Counted from the stretch's first letter, positions 10,390 through 21,036 are shown. The stretch is DNA of 64,000 bases from Minisyncoccota bacterium (GCA_937936355.1 CALDDM010000005.1:10336-74335), one strand, 5' to 3'. The notes: generated by a model not told the origin, from the letters alone. Made by a program: numbers and translations.

Positions 10390-10635
10390 TTAAAGTGAGA
10401 GAAGTTTTGTTAGTTTTTCTTGGTCAAAACCGACGACCACCTCTTCTGTTCCATCCTCTCTTTCAATCATGGTTACGGGCACACCCATTTGACCAGTCTT
10501 TTCAACCATTTGTGTCGCAGCTTCCTGACTCTCGGATATATCGATCTCCTTAAACTCCACTCCCTTTTCGAGAAGGAATTCTTTCTCCATTTTGCAATAA
10601 CCACATGATGGTGTTGAGTATACTGTTATATTCAT
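10390..10635 (-). CDS. glutaredoxin-like / NrdH-redoxin
   Basis: 81 aa; YSTPSCGYC, GQMGVP and VGFD. Confidence 0.9.
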   Translation of the reverse strand: MNITVYSTPSCGYCKMEKEFLLEKGVEFKEIDISESQEAATQMVEKTGQMGVPVTMIEREDGTEEVVVGFDQEKLTKLLSL

Positions 10636-10709
10636 ACGTTTAGATTTACATTTTATACATTCATTATATAAGAATGTCTTCTATGATGTCAAGTAGACTT
10701 TACATCTTA

Positions 10710-10718
10710 TTATCCACA
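10710..10718 (+). promoter_or_regulatory. single perfect DnaA-box match
   Basis: TTATCCACA between the divergent glutaredoxin and tRNA promoters; a lone 9-mer may be chance. Confidence 0.3.
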
Positions 10719-10747
10719 AGCACCTGCTCCTATGGGATCATTTGCGA

Positions 10748-10776
10748 TTGACAATATTCTTCTCAGACGTCATAAT
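10748..10776 (+). promoter_or_regulatory. sigma70 promoter of tRNA-Arg
   Basis: TTGACA-17 nt-CATAAT. Confidence 0.7.
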
Positions 10777-10799
10777 ACTGAAACGCCATTAAAAGCAAT

Positions 10800-10874
10800 G
10801 TACCCGTAGCTCAGTTGGATTAGAGCGTTTGGTTTCGGCCCAAAAGGTCGCAGGTTCGAGTCCTGCCGGGTACA
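10800..10874 (+). tRNA. tRNA-Arg(UCG)
   Basis: Acceptor GTACCCG/CGGGTAC; anticodon arm TTTGG-TTTCGGC-CCAAA; T arm GCAGG-TTCGAGT-CCTGC; CCA not encoded. Confidence 0.93.
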
Positions 10875-10988
10875 CAAGAACACGCCTCTCATTTTTTGAG
10901 GGCGTAGATAGCGCGCTCTATGGATGGCCTCGTCTCCCAGTATCTCACCAAGAGATTTTCACCTTAGAGCTCCTTGCTCTGGGATTTT

Positions 10989-11441
10989 TTACTCCTGAGA
11001 TTTTTGCTCGAATGGATTTTCTACCTCCGAGCTACTAGCAGTATTTTGTGGAGATGTATCTGCTTGACTCTCCTGCGCTGATTCACTAGAAATCACATCG
11101 TCTCCTTGCTTGCCACCAAAGAATATATCTTTCACTTGCGAACCTTTCTCAGAAAATTTTATCTCTCTTTGCTTAATCGTAAAGACAGCTTGTTCAAATT
11201 TATCTTCATTAAACTTGACTTTTGCCCTACGAACTTCCGCCTCCTGCTTCGCAGTCTCTGAGTCTTCATCTAGCTTATAGAGATTTTCATACCATATAGA
11301 AAATGCGTAGATAAGAGCAAGGAGAGCAAGAAGAGCTGCTACATATCGAAATATTTTTATCCACAACTTCCATACAATATCCATGACACCATGGATGCCT
11401 CTCCCCTTGAAATTCTCGATTATTTTTCGTATCTGTTGCAT
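10989..11441 (-). CDS. single-TM hypothetical protein, last gene of the pilMNO run (PilP position)
   Basis: TM segment then charged helix; assigned by operon position only. Confidence 0.55.
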   Translation of the reverse strand: MQQIRKIIENFKGRGIHGVMDIVWKLWIKIFRYVAALLALLALIYAFSIWYENLYKLDEDSETAKQEAEVRRAKVKFNEDKFEQAVFTIKQREIKFSEKGSQVKDIFFGGKQGDDVISSESAQESQADTSPQNTASSSEVENPFEQKSQE

Positions 11442-11468
11442 AATAGTATACCTTTTCTTTTACAATCT

Positions 11469-12227
11469 TTACGCCTCTGACTCATCTTCATTCTTATCAT
11501 CTGACTCTGAATCTGAATCTGAGAAGTCATCCTTCTTGCTCTCAAGCAAGTTATCTAGGTAAATGGCAATCGTTAATTCTGAATCAATCAAATTTGTTCT
11601 GTCATCAGCATCTGCCTCCGTGTTCTGACGAATATCCCCAAACCTTCGCGCCTCTGCACTCGTACGCGTATCATCTCTTGCTGTCAGCGCTATTTGGGTA
11701 ATATCATTCTCGTAGTCAAAATTTTCGAGCTTTATGATAAAATCCATAAGATTCTGATACGTACCAGTCATTTGCATCACAAGAACTATGCTATAGTCCT
11801 CATCGACAGGATTTATTCTCCTTTCTTGTGGTTCATTCTCATCTGACTTTTCATCAGACTTTTTCTTTGGCTTTGGCTTTGGTGACTTCTTTTTTAGTGT
11901 GTATGTGAATGCAGAATGACCTGTTGAGCGAGCTATCTCCTCGATCCTTGTAAATACCTGGACTTTTTGGTTTGCATCATCTGCCAAGAGCACGTCCATA
12001 CTATCTCTTTGTGCCACTATGGTATCTTGCTGGCGGCGCAAATCTACCACGGACTGCAAGAAGTCTAAATTAATCTCTTGATCAATACGAATGCTCCGAG
12101 CTTCATTAACTTTCTCCTGCGTCATTGAAACAACAAAGCGAGCGCCAAATATAGCAAGTGGCACAAAAATGAATATGAATGCCCCTGCGGTAACTGCGAT
12201 TAGATTTTTTTTGATTATATCCATCAT
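11469..12227 (-). CDS. pilO: PilO-like type IV pilus alignment protein
   Basis: TM, coiled coil and GTYQNLMDFIIKLEN motif; ATGA overlap with the pilN stop. Confidence 0.7.
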   Translation of the reverse strand: MMDIIKKNLIAVTAGAFIFIFVPLAIFGARFVVSMTQEKVNEARSIRIDQEINLDFLQSVVDLRRQQDTIVAQRDSMDVLLADDANQKVQVFTRIEEIARSTGHSAFTYTLKKKSPKPKPKKKSDEKSDENEPQERRINPVDEDYSIVLVMQMTGTYQNLMDFIIKLENFDYENDITQIALTARDDTRTSAEARRFGDIRQNTEADADDRTNLIDSELTIAIYLDNLLESKKDDFSDSDSESDDKNEDESEA

Positions 12228-12793
12228 AGAATAAGACACGTTTCCGGATTAACGGTGAATGTCATAATAAAATTTGCATCACTTTGCTGTACAAGATATT
12301 CATCCGGTATTTGAACATCGCTAAAGCACAGCTGGTCATCCCTACTAGCTTTGAGCATTTTATCTTTTAATACTACGAGTGCACTCGATGTGTCTGCTAC
12401 GCCAGTCAGAGTCACGACATAGTTCTGACTTGATAGTTTTTGTACGCGTATCTCAGGTGAAATCACATCATTTAGTACTGAGAGCATTGTACTCCAATGC
12501 ACACCTTTTGACTGCAGCATTTCAACCACTTTCACATGATCATTTGTCTTGGCAAAAAGTGCGTGCAATTTTAAAACTTCTCCATATTCTTCACGCTCAA
12601 TGATTTCGCGATTATTGTCATCATATACAGCAACTTGCTGTCTCACTAGCATGTAGATCGTTATCAAAACGCTCAGCAAAACCAAGGCGATAAAAAAAAT
12701 GATTAATTGTTGATTAATGAGCAAGTGAAAAATTTTCTGCTGGCGCAAAAGATTTTTATACTGTTCCGGAAGTAAATTTAATGTAATTTTCAT
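12224..12793 (-). CDS. pilN: PilN-like protein
   Basis: N-terminal LNLLP motif, TM, then WS..L..L and LTG.A; follows pilM. Confidence 0.8.
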   Translation of the reverse strand: MKITLNLLPEQYKNLLRQQKIFHLLINQQLIIFFIALVLLSVLITIYMLVRQQVAVYDDNNREIIEREEYGEVLKLHALFAKTNDHVKVVEMLQSKGVHWSTMLSVLNDVISPEIRVQKLSSQNYVVTLTGVADTSSALVVLKDKMLKASRDDQLCFSDVQIPDEYLVQQSDANFIMTFTVNPETCLIL

Positions 12794-12798
12794 TTATA

Positions 12799-13857
12799 CT
12801 AATCTTGCGTCATGGATAAACCTATTGCTGTAGCGTACTGAATTGATGCCTCTTTGTTGATCGGAGGAAGATCTTTAAATTGTGCATTTGTCCATGGATC
12901 GCCTAAACGCACATCCATCCCAATACTGCGAGAGAGATAAGGAATTAGACCTTTTGTCTTTGATCCGCCTCCACACAAGATGATTTCGTCAACTGCCTGT
13001 GAATATCGTAAACCCGTGAGATAGAAATTGATAGACTTGCGAATCTCTTGCGCAAAACTGTCAACGATCGGCTTAACAGATTGAAAAATATGATCGTTTT
13101 TAAGAGCAGATCCAATTCCGTGCTCAATCTTCACTTTCTCAGCTTCCGCATGCGAAAGATTCATTGTTTTTGCGATCGCATCTGTAATCGACTCTGAGCT
13201 TAACGGTATACTGGAAGTGAAAACAGGAATGCCCCTTGTAACGACCAGAAAACTGGTTCTCCGATCACCGATATCTACGATCATTGTAGTTCGTTGATGA
13301 TCGAGAGATAACAAACTCCTAACCTGCGAAAGAGACTCAATCTCAAACCCGTGCACCTTATAATTCGCATCTTCTAAAACAGCCATAAATTGATCAACTA
13401 CACCGCGTGCAACTGCGACCACAAGCACACTCATCTTACCAGCATCTCCCTGCAGATGCTCAGGCAAAATCTGCCAATCATAATAGACCTGGTCGATCGT
13501 CATGGGAATATTTGCTTCCATCTCCCATTTGATTGCTTCACCAGCCTCTTCACTTGTCATTTGGGGAATTGAGATAATACGCAAAAATGCTTTCGTTTCA
13601 GGCAATGAGCAAACAACATGCTTTGTGGTAATGTTGGCTCGTAGACAAGCTGCTTGAATTGCGCTACCAACAGCCTCTGCGTTCAAAATGCCTCCATCAG
13701 CGACGGAACCTTTTGGCAATGACTCAGCACCTGCTAGGACATTGTGCATGTATTTTCCACGCACGTCTACCTGCACAACCTTAATCGATAAATCACTTAT
13801 ATCCAAACCAAAAAAATCTGGGTTCGGATCAAGGAATTTTTTCTGTAGTAATGACAT
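12799..13857 (-). CDS. pilM: type IV pilus assembly protein PilM
   Basis: FGLDIS, VDIG...T, LCGGGS and ATAIGL actin-like motifs. Confidence 0.92.
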   Translation of the reverse strand: MSLLQKKFLDPNPDFFGLDISDLSIKVVQVDVRGKYMHNVLAGAESLPKGSVADGGILNAEAVGSAIQAACLRANITTKHVVCSLPETKAFLRIISIPQMTSEEAGEAIKWEMEANIPMTIDQVYYDWQILPEHLQGDAGKMSVLVVAVARGVVDQFMAVLEDANYKVHGFEIESLSQVRSLLSLDHQRTTMIVDIGDRRTSFLVVTRGIPVFTSSIPLSSESITDAIAKTMNLSHAEAEKVKIEHGIGSALKNDHIFQSVKPIVDSFAQEIRKSINFYLTGLRYSQAVDEIILCGGGSKTKGLIPYLSRSIGMDVRLGDPWTNAQFKDLPPINKEASIQYATAIGLSMTQD

Positions 13858-14020
13858 TATTTTCTTTTTGAGGCTCAGTCACGGTAAAAATTGGCATTAC
13901 CATTTATCATTTCTGTAGAAAAAATGACCTTTCTTTTGCGCAAATTATACTAAGCCTTACAGTATATTTTACATTACAACTTCTATATTGCAAAATCAAG
14001 AATCCTTAATCGCTCACATA

Positions 14021-15421
14021 CTACTCCTTTTCTTGCCATTGATCGATCACGTATGAGCTGCCTGTCGGAAAAAACGGGGGCGCATTGAAAAGAAAGTTGC
14101 TATCGTAGTTTATCTCCACAGATGTTGTGTCTTCAAACCCAAAATCTTGATACGTGGCTACGGCGCCTAGGATCTCAACTGCAGCAAGTGTGTTACCGTA
14201 TGCACTGCGGCCAACGCGTCCTGTTTGTGCAAGTAGTGCAGCGTGTATATTTAACACACCATCCCCTCCCAAAGCAGGGTCTGCAATGACCTCCACGTTA
14301 TTCTCAGCCGCTATACCCAAGATTGTTCCCGATACTTGATCTTCGTAAACAATGTCGCCATTGATATAGACATCATGGTTTCGTCCATCGCCATTGTGGT
14401 GGGCAGCGATTGTCACTTGCTTTCCGCTGTCTATGACACCCTCCACCCAAATGTCATTGCGTACATAGATTGCATTGGTGTCAGCAAGGGTCAACGTCTC
14501 CTCAAATTCATAGTCCTTATTCTTATAACTTATCTCCTTGGTTGTGTTGTTGTACTTTTTTACCCAGTATAGGTCGGCGGTACCGTCATCTTGAAAAATC
14601 AGATGCCAACCTTGGCCCCCAGCTTTTGTTGGCAAATTAAATTGCGCGTTAGATGCTGACTGAATCTGAGTAAATGCTACAACAACACTATTAAAGTCCT
14701 GCGTAGGTACTGGAAAGGCCTTGCCTCCGACAAAAACATCACCTTCCACGCCATTAGTCCATACCCCATCCTTCGTCACACCTCCATAGTCGTAGCTAGA
14801 AACAGAACTTGATGACAATCCATTGATCATACCCTCTGCACGTAAGCCGTTATTTGCATGCACACCACCATCTACACTCGTTCCCGATGCAATCTCAATA
14901 TCAGAGTGCGCAAGAATAGCAAACTCACTCCATGGCGGTCGTCGCAGACGCATGCTCACCGTACGTTTCTGATTTGGTTTTTTTTGTGTCCATCCTGTTG
15001 ACTCGACGAATGCTGTGGTAGTGCCGGTAGTTGGCAAAACAACACAAACACTATATGTTCCTTGAACACCATTTGCATCATAGTTTTCCTCATACCTCCC
15101 AGCATCATCCGCTGTATCACAAATACCATCAGGACCCGCACTCCCACGCGGAGGATTTACAGGATCATCCCAAAAGTCTGCAATCTGCTCGGCAGTCTTG
15201 CCATCTACATGATGAGCGATATACCAGCGATATGCATACAAACCAGACTCTGCAATCTGCAGCGCTCCTTCTCGTGGTTGAGCAGATAAACTGTAGCGAA
15301 TGCTCGAGGCGACAAATGTAATTAGACCACTAAAGATAATTGCAACCACAGCCAAAACAGCTAGAGCATAGACAAGTCCTCCACCGTTAGCTTTTTTTTG
15401 AATAGTTGTTTGCAATTTCAT
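14021..15421 (-). CDS. PilX-like large minor pilin
   Basis: Basic leader and Gly, then hydrophobic helix without Glu5; ALQIAESG motif; large C-terminal domain. Confidence 0.75.
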   Translation of the reverse strand: MKLQTTIQKKANGGGLVYALAVLAVVAIIFSGLITFVASSIRYSLSAQPREGALQIAESGLYAYRWYIAHHVDGKTAEQIADFWDDPVNPPRGSAGPDGICDTADDAGRYEENYDANGVQGTYSVCVVLPTTGTTTAFVESTGWTQKKPNQKRTVSMRLRRPPWSEFAILAHSDIEIASGTSVDGGVHANNGLRAEGMINGLSSSSVSSYDYGGVTKDGVWTNGVEGDVFVGGKAFPVPTQDFNSVVVAFTQIQSASNAQFNLPTKAGGQGWHLIFQDDGTADLYWVKKYNNTTKEISYKNKDYEFEETLTLADTNAIYVRNDIWVEGVIDSGKQVTIAAHHNGDGRNHDVYINGDIVYEDQVSGTILGIAAENNVEVIADPALGGDGVLNIHAALLAQTGRVGRSAYGNTLAAVEILGAVATYQDFGFEDTTSVEINYDSNFLFNAPPFFPTGSSYVIDQWQEKE

Positions 15422-15437
15422 AGTCTCAATTTTATTG

Positions 15438-16061
15438 CTAAGACGGTGCTTGGCCAAAGTCAGATAAATTACGTATAACGGATTTTGACTTTATACGCAC
15501 ATTGTTTGGAGCCTTAATCTGATCAACATTTACAAAAAGTAATATCTCAACGAGAGTGATCATATTTGTACTGCCCCCATAGGCAAGCAGATTATTTGAC
15601 CTGTCGTAATAGGCAAAAATTGGCTCTCCAGCTCCGTCGTTTACAACATAATTTGCAACATTTGAAAGAACCTCATCGTTATCTGGATCATACGTCAAAG
15701 GCGAGCCGGACGGCTCCGTGACACCCCTCTTGAATTCATCATTTGTATCTACAAAGTATCGCAAACGCTCAACTACATCGTCACCATCATAATCTGAGTA
15801 GAAGATAATCTCATACTCGCTCGCACTCTCCAATGGGAAAGAGCCATCCTCTGCATGTGTCGCCTTACGCAGTTCCCGCACAACTTCGCGTACACCCTTA
15901 TCTGCAACACGTGATGCAATACCTGTCTCTATTGTAAAACTATTTGCGATCAGTACACGTGAAATCAGATATGTAAAACCAATCATCACAACAGAAAGGA
16001 TGAGTATTGTTATGAGCGTCTCAACGAGAGACACTCCACGTAATTTTGTTTTAAATCCCAT
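15438..16061 (-). CDS. PilW-like minor pilin
   Basis: Prepilin site G|VSLVETLI; ELRKA and YSDYDGD motifs. Confidence 0.85.
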   Translation of the reverse strand: MGFKTKLRGVSLVETLITILILSVVMIGFTYLISRVLIANSFTIETGIASRVADKGVREVVRELRKATHAEDGSFPLESASEYEIIFYSDYDGDDVVERLRYFVDTNDEFKRGVTEPSGSPLTYDPDNDEVLSNVANYVVNDGAGEPIFAYYDRSNNLLAYGGSTNMITLVEILLFVNVDQIKAPNNVRIKSKSVIRNLSDFGQAPS

Positions 16062-16075
16062 TAATTTATGTCATT

Positions 16076-17518
16076 TTATGAGCCAACGAGTGTCACATCC
16101 AACTGCTCAAGACCACTGACGACCACCGAGGAGATATAGTCAGTATATCCATCACCACGAACGCGTATGTCATACTCCTGACCTGCCACCAATGATTCTA
16201 TTGCATTTTCTGGGAAGTAAACTGTGCCGTATTTATCTGTCTGCACTTCGACACTATACCCAAGACTTGCGTTTTGCAGACGCACATAAGCGTCAGGAAC
16301 AACTGCACCTGTGTCAGAATCAGTTACTGTAATGAAGACACTGTCTACAGCGGACTCCATGAGCACTATATTACAGTCAAAGACAGCGCCCTCATTAACC
16401 TCTGTTGCGTACCGATTAACGTCATCACCAGGCAATAGCCTCCAAAATACATTTGTGCCATCTGCATGTTCGATTGTGTAGAAACCAGAGCTCTCTACGT
16501 ATCCCGCCACAGAATCCATATCCACTTGTCCTGATGCATCAGTTGTTGTACTCAATAATGATAGAGAGCCATTTATATATACAGGATCTCCGTCTGTTGT
16601 TGAGCCGATGATACGACCACCTTCCAGATTAAATGCGACATTGCCAATGCTGTTACAAAATGGATCTGTTGAATTAAATTCCAAGTCAGGGATGAGCCCA
16701 GTTTCTAGCGTTAGTGATGTTACAGTACCAGCAATCGCGGTAAGATCGACATAACTCGGGTAAAATGATGAGATTGGATAATCTGGATATGTTTGTACAA
16801 CTTCATATCCATCACTACCAGAGCCAACTGTTACTCTGTAGATTTTTTCGCCAACTGGAACTGACGCAAAAATTACGTTACCGAATGCGTCTGTCGTACT
16901 TGTACCTGAATAATCTGGTGCAGTCACCCCATTTGTATCGTTTAGTGCAACAGTGATCCCTGATACTGGACCATTCTCGTCGAGTACATTTATCGATACT
17001 ACGCCGTCACTTACACCCAACTCATTACCGCTAGGTGGCACGAAGTACGAAGACAAAACAACACTTTGCCTCTCATTTGAGACATCACTGAGACCTTCTC
17101 CCCACAAGACAGTAATAATCACATTTTTGTAGTCTTGTGGATAAAGATCTGTAGGGTGCACCCCATCTTCCGCATCATCTATATAATAAATTTCTCGTAG
17201 AATTCTATATGTAGCTCCTCCGACAACCGTCGTAGAATCATACAATATCGTTCCAGGCCCGACAGATCCGGTTGGCGGAGTGGGCGTCAAAGCAAGAGAC
17301 AGGTCGACGTATGGTGTATTTCTAAAGACCTCTAGCTCTTGGTTTGCAATTTCGACAGCTGCAAGCCTTTGTTTTGAATCAATAATATTTACAATAACCA
17401 TACCGTAAAGCTGGTAAAAGCTCAGGGTCATCACAGAAAAAATAACCAAAACCACAAGCGCCTCTACGAAAGTAAAGCCCTTCATCGATGGTTTGTTTTT
17501 TTTCAATAATGTATTCAT
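16076..17518 (-). CDS. PilV-like minor pilin with C-terminal beta-sandwich (carboxypeptidase-regulatory-like) domains
   Basis: Prepilin site G|FTFVEALV; three TD..G.V repeats. Confidence 0.85.
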   Translation of the reverse strand: MNTLLKKNKPSMKGFTFVEALVVLVIFSVMTLSFYQLYGMVIVNIIDSKQRLAAVEIANQELEVFRNTPYVDLSLALTPTPPTGSVGPGTILYDSTTVVGGATYRILREIYYIDDAEDGVHPTDLYPQDYKNVIITVLWGEGLSDVSNERQSVVLSSYFVPPSGNELGVSDGVVSINVLDENGPVSGITVALNDTNGVTAPDYSGTSTTDAFGNVIFASVPVGEKIYRVTVGSGSDGYEVVQTYPDYPISSFYPSYVDLTAIAGTVTSLTLETGLIPDLEFNSTDPFCNSIGNVAFNLEGGRIIGSTTDGDPVYINGSLSLLSTTTDASGQVDMDSVAGYVESSGFYTIEHADGTNVFWRLLPGDDVNRYATEVNEGAVFDCNIVLMESAVDSVFITVTDSDTGAVVPDAYVRLQNASLGYSVEVQTDKYGTVYFPENAIESLVAGQEYDIRVRGDGYTDYISSVVVSGLEQLDVTLVGS

Positions 17519-17557
17519 ATACTTATTCTACAATATACTTTTGAATATATTGCACTT

Positions 17558-18781
17558 TTATTGAATATTTTCCAACACACTGTACATTGGCTGCAACATA
17601 GCAATTGCAAAAAATCCAACACCCGTACCAATGACAATCATAAGAACTGGCTCAATGATTGAACTCATGTTCTTTGTGATCTGGGACACCTCAGCCTCGT
17701 AGAACTCTGCAATCTTCATGAGCATTTGTTCGGTCTGACCAGTTTCTTCACCGACCTTAACCATCTGTGCAAGGATTACCGGAAACAGCTTTGGGTACTC
17801 CTCAATTACGACAGACATCTCAACGCCTTTCTGAATTTTATCACGGCCACTGTGGATCGCCTCTTTATAGTATTCATTGGCGAGAGTATCTGCCACGATA
17901 TCCAATGCTCCGATCACACTCACACCACTACGTAAGAGCGAGCTGTAGATTCGTGCAAATCGTGCAGAATTAACCTTGATCACAATATTCTTAATAGCTG
18001 GGAGATGCAGTACCAAGAAGCTCAATGCACGTTTCCCCATCTTTGTTGTCAGGAAAAACTTCAATCCAAATCCGCCAAAGACAAAGAGGATTGCAATAAT
18101 CACACTATGTTCCCGCAGCGCATCTGACATTGAGATAAGAATCAACGTCATCTTTGGAAGTGTCACGTCCATATCAACAAAAACACCTGTGATTTGTGGC
18201 AAGATATATGTCAGCATCAAAACACCTACAGCTGTCATAGCAAAAACGATTACCGCAGGATAGATCATTGCACCACGCACTTTTGACCGCAAATCGTTTT
18301 CTTTCTCTATTTGTATCGTCAGAATGCCAAGTGATTCCTCCAAGGATCCACCAACCTCACCAACACGTACCATATTTACAAAAAGATCATCGAATGCCGA
18401 TGGGTGCTTTGCAAGAGCATCACTGACTGACATACCCTTTTGCACATCAAGGTACGCTGTTTGAAGAATTTTCTGAAATTTTTTGTCAGTTGTTTGCAAT
18501 GAAAGATTATTTAGAGCTCTACCAACCGACAACCCTGAAGAGATCATCACCGCGAGGTTACGTGTAAAGAACAGTTTCTCTTTGAGAGGAATTTTTGAAA
18601 ATCGATCCATGATGCTGATCGACTTCTTCTTTGTGGTCTCTTGATCGACCATCCGCATTGACGTCACCAAAAAACCTTCGCTGCGCAACTGCGCGGCAAG
18701 TTCTTGCTCACTACTAGCAATCACCTCACCACTCTTTGGTGATCCATCTGCTGCTTTGGCTGTAAAGAGATACTTCGGCAT
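17558..18781 (-). CDS. pilC: type IV pilus platform protein PilC (T2SS F family)
   Basis: VRVGEVGGSL, AMIYP, VGEETG and IIEP motifs. Confidence 0.93.
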   Translation of the reverse strand: MPKYLFTAKAADGSPKSGEVIASSEQELAAQLRSEGFLVTSMRMVDQETTKKKSISIMDRFSKIPLKEKLFFTRNLAVMISSGLSVGRALNNLSLQTTDKKFQKILQTAYLDVQKGMSVSDALAKHPSAFDDLFVNMVRVGEVGGSLEESLGILTIQIEKENDLRSKVRGAMIYPAVIVFAMTAVGVLMLTYILPQITGVFVDMDVTLPKMTLILISMSDALREHSVIIAILFVFGGFGLKFFLTTKMGKRALSFLVLHLPAIKNIVIKVNSARFARIYSSLLRSGVSVIGALDIVADTLANEYYKEAIHSGRDKIQKGVEMSVVIEEYPKLFPVILAQMVKVGEETGQTEQMLMKIAEFYEAEVSQITKNMSSIIEPVLMIVIGTGVGFFAIAMLQPMYSVLENIQ

Positions 18782-18813
18782 ACTATAATTCTGGAAACTT
18801 AATTTATGGATCC

Positions 18814-20538
18814 CTACTCTTTCGTTACACGCAAGACTTCCTCAATTGTTGTAACTCCACCAATCACCTTGTAAAAACCATCTTCCACCATCGTGACCAT
18901 GCCATTTTTGCGAGCTTGCTGCTCCATTTCATCTGCAGTTGCCTTTTGGACAATGAGTTTTTCAATGTTTTCTTGAATCTCAAATACTTCATAGATACCG
19001 CGACGGCCTTTGTATCCAAGGCCACCACATTCTGAGCAGCCTTTTTTTCTATATAGCGGAACATCTGACCATTCCTGTGCTTTTTTCATCGCACCAAGAC
19101 GTACCATCACTTCTTTGATATTGTCGAGATTATAACTATTGCTGAGAGTGTCGACTTCTTTTGGGGTCATTTTGTAGGATTCGCGACACTCGTCACAGAG
19201 CTTTCGCACAAGTCGTTGACCGATCACCATGTTTGTCGTTGATGCAAGCAGAAAAGGCTCCGCGTCCATATCTACCATACGTGGGATCGCGCCAGCAGCT
19301 GAGTTAGTGTGCAGTGTAGAGAGAACGAGATGACCGGTCATCGCTGCATGCACAGCGATTTCAAGTGTCTCACCATCTCGAATCTCACCAACCATGATCA
19401 TGTCAGGATCCTGACGCAACAGAGAGCGCAGTCCAGCAGCAAAGGTCATTCCAATTTTTGCATGCACCTGTGTCTGATTCACATTTTCCATTCGATACTC
19501 CACCGGATCCTCAATTGTCGAGATGTTCACCTCTGGCTGATTTAATATATCAAGCACAGTATAGAGCGTTGTTGTTTTACCAGAACCTGTTGGCCCGGTA
19601 ACTAGAATCATTCCATTTGGCTTATTGATTTCGCGCTGAATTGCTTCAAGCGCCTCACCAAAGAGACCCATTTTTTCTAACGTGAGACCCTGCGATCCCT
19701 CATCGAGCAAACGCATAACGATTTTCTCTCCATCAAACACTGGAAGGATACTCACACGAAAGGAGATTTTATATTCATCTGTTTCAAGCTTAAAGCGACC
19801 ATCTTGCGGCAAGCGGTGCTCATCTAGTTTCAAGCTTGCAAGGACCTTGATACGCGCTACAATACCTGCTCCTGTTGTTTTTGGAAGGCTCATCGCCTGA
19901 CGCAACATACCATCGACGCGATAGCGAACGATGATTGTTTTTTCGAGTGGTTCAATATGAATATCGGATGCACCCTGCAAAATCGCATGCTTCACAAGCG
20001 TGTCTACAATGCGTACAATCGGTAAATCTTCCGCAATCTGTGCCAAGTCCTCATCGCCTTGTGCATCTGACTCGCCCTGGAGCAGGTCACCAAACTCTGC
20101 ATTGATGTCTTTTTGGTATTGCTGTAATATTTCACGAATATCAGATGCGGTTGCAATATGCACGACGATTTTTAGGCCAGTTTTTTTGCGCAAAAAATCG
20201 ATTGTTTGCAAATCTTCTGGATTGACCATTGCCACACTTAGCTCTTTGCCTTTTTTGGCAAAAGCAACAACATTTGCCTTCTTTGCTATTTGCTCTGGTA
20301 CAATTTGTAGAGTTTTTTCAAGGATGTCTGTTTTGGACAAGTCAATAAATGCAAAGCCAAACATCTGCGCTTTTGCACTTGTCAAGTCAGCCTCTGATAA
20401 GATACCTTCTTTCAGGAGAATATCAGCGAGCTGAATGTTTGTTTTCTGTGCTTGCGAGAAAAGAGGCTTAAGCGTTGCCTCATCAATCACCTTATTGTTA
20501 CGCAAGTAATCATAAAGCTGCGTATTATCAACTTTCAT
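18814..20538 (-). CDS. pilB: type IV pilus assembly ATPase PilB (GspE/PulE family)
   Basis: GPTGSGKTT, EDPVE, LRQDPD, GEIRD, TGHLVLSTLH and two CxxC motifs. Confidence 0.95.
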   Translation of the reverse strand: MKVDNTQLYDYLRNNKVIDEATLKPLFSQAQKTNIQLADILLKEGILSEADLTSAKAQMFGFAFIDLSKTDILEKTLQIVPEQIAKKANVVAFAKKGKELSVAMVNPEDLQTIDFLRKKTGLKIVVHIATASDIREILQQYQKDINAEFGDLLQGESDAQGDEDLAQIAEDLPIVRIVDTLVKHAILQGASDIHIEPLEKTIIVRYRVDGMLRQAMSLPKTTGAGIVARIKVLASLKLDEHRLPQDGRFKLETDEYKISFRVSILPVFDGEKIVMRLLDEGSQGLTLEKMGLFGEALEAIQREINKPNGMILVTGPTGSGKTTTLYTVLDILNQPEVNISTIEDPVEYRMENVNQTQVHAKIGMTFAAGLRSLLRQDPDMIMVGEIRDGETLEIAVHAAMTGHLVLSTLHTNSAAGAIPRMVDMDAEPFLLASTTNMVIGQRLVRKLCDECRESYKMTPKEVDTLSNSYNLDNIKEVMVRLGAMKKAQEWSDVPLYRKKGCSECGGLGYKGRRGIYEVFEIQENIEKLIVQKATADEMEQQARKNGMVTMVEDGFYKVIGGVTTIEEVLRVTKE

Positions 20539-20699
20539 TGTACGTCATTATGACAAGGATACTGCTTAAGTACTTCCACTCAACCATCATCTTGTCTTTT
20601 AATTTTTGTATCTATAATGTATTTATATTATACACCATAAATATCCTCTTAATATAGAAAAATGCCGCACATTGTTGTGTGCGACATTTCAACAGAATT

Positions 20700-20917
20700 T
20701 TACACACACTCCTCTACTGCGTGTGCATAGGTGTCTTGGCGTTCGTCAATAGATAAATACTGATCACTTCCGATCTTGATTTGGAACTTCCTATCTTTTC
20801 GTACTAATTTACCTGTTCTTGGTCCAACCCATCGGGTTGGGCTCTGTACCTCGAACCGACATATGATCCAGTGCTTATACGTAACTTTTCTTTGCCATAA
20901 AAGTTAAACTTAGCCAT
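20700..20917 (-). pseudogene. small ORF split by a one-base frameshift (about 72 aa if restored)
   Basis: GGAG-6 nt-ATG at 20917 gives only 37 aa; the -1 frame is open from codon 5 to TAA at 20700, just before a hairpin. Confidence 0.35.
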
Positions 20918-21036
20918 CTTGGTCTCCAGCTGGTAAATATCGTTTTTGAAGTGAATTGCTCACCGTAGTACATAAAATTAATCAGGGCAGCCCATTTGGA
21001 CCGCCCTGATATTCACTACTCCCTACCTCGTTTGAC

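Noticed and set aside
10710..10718. Replication origin
   Set aside because: Only one DnaA box here and no dnaA gene or box cluster.
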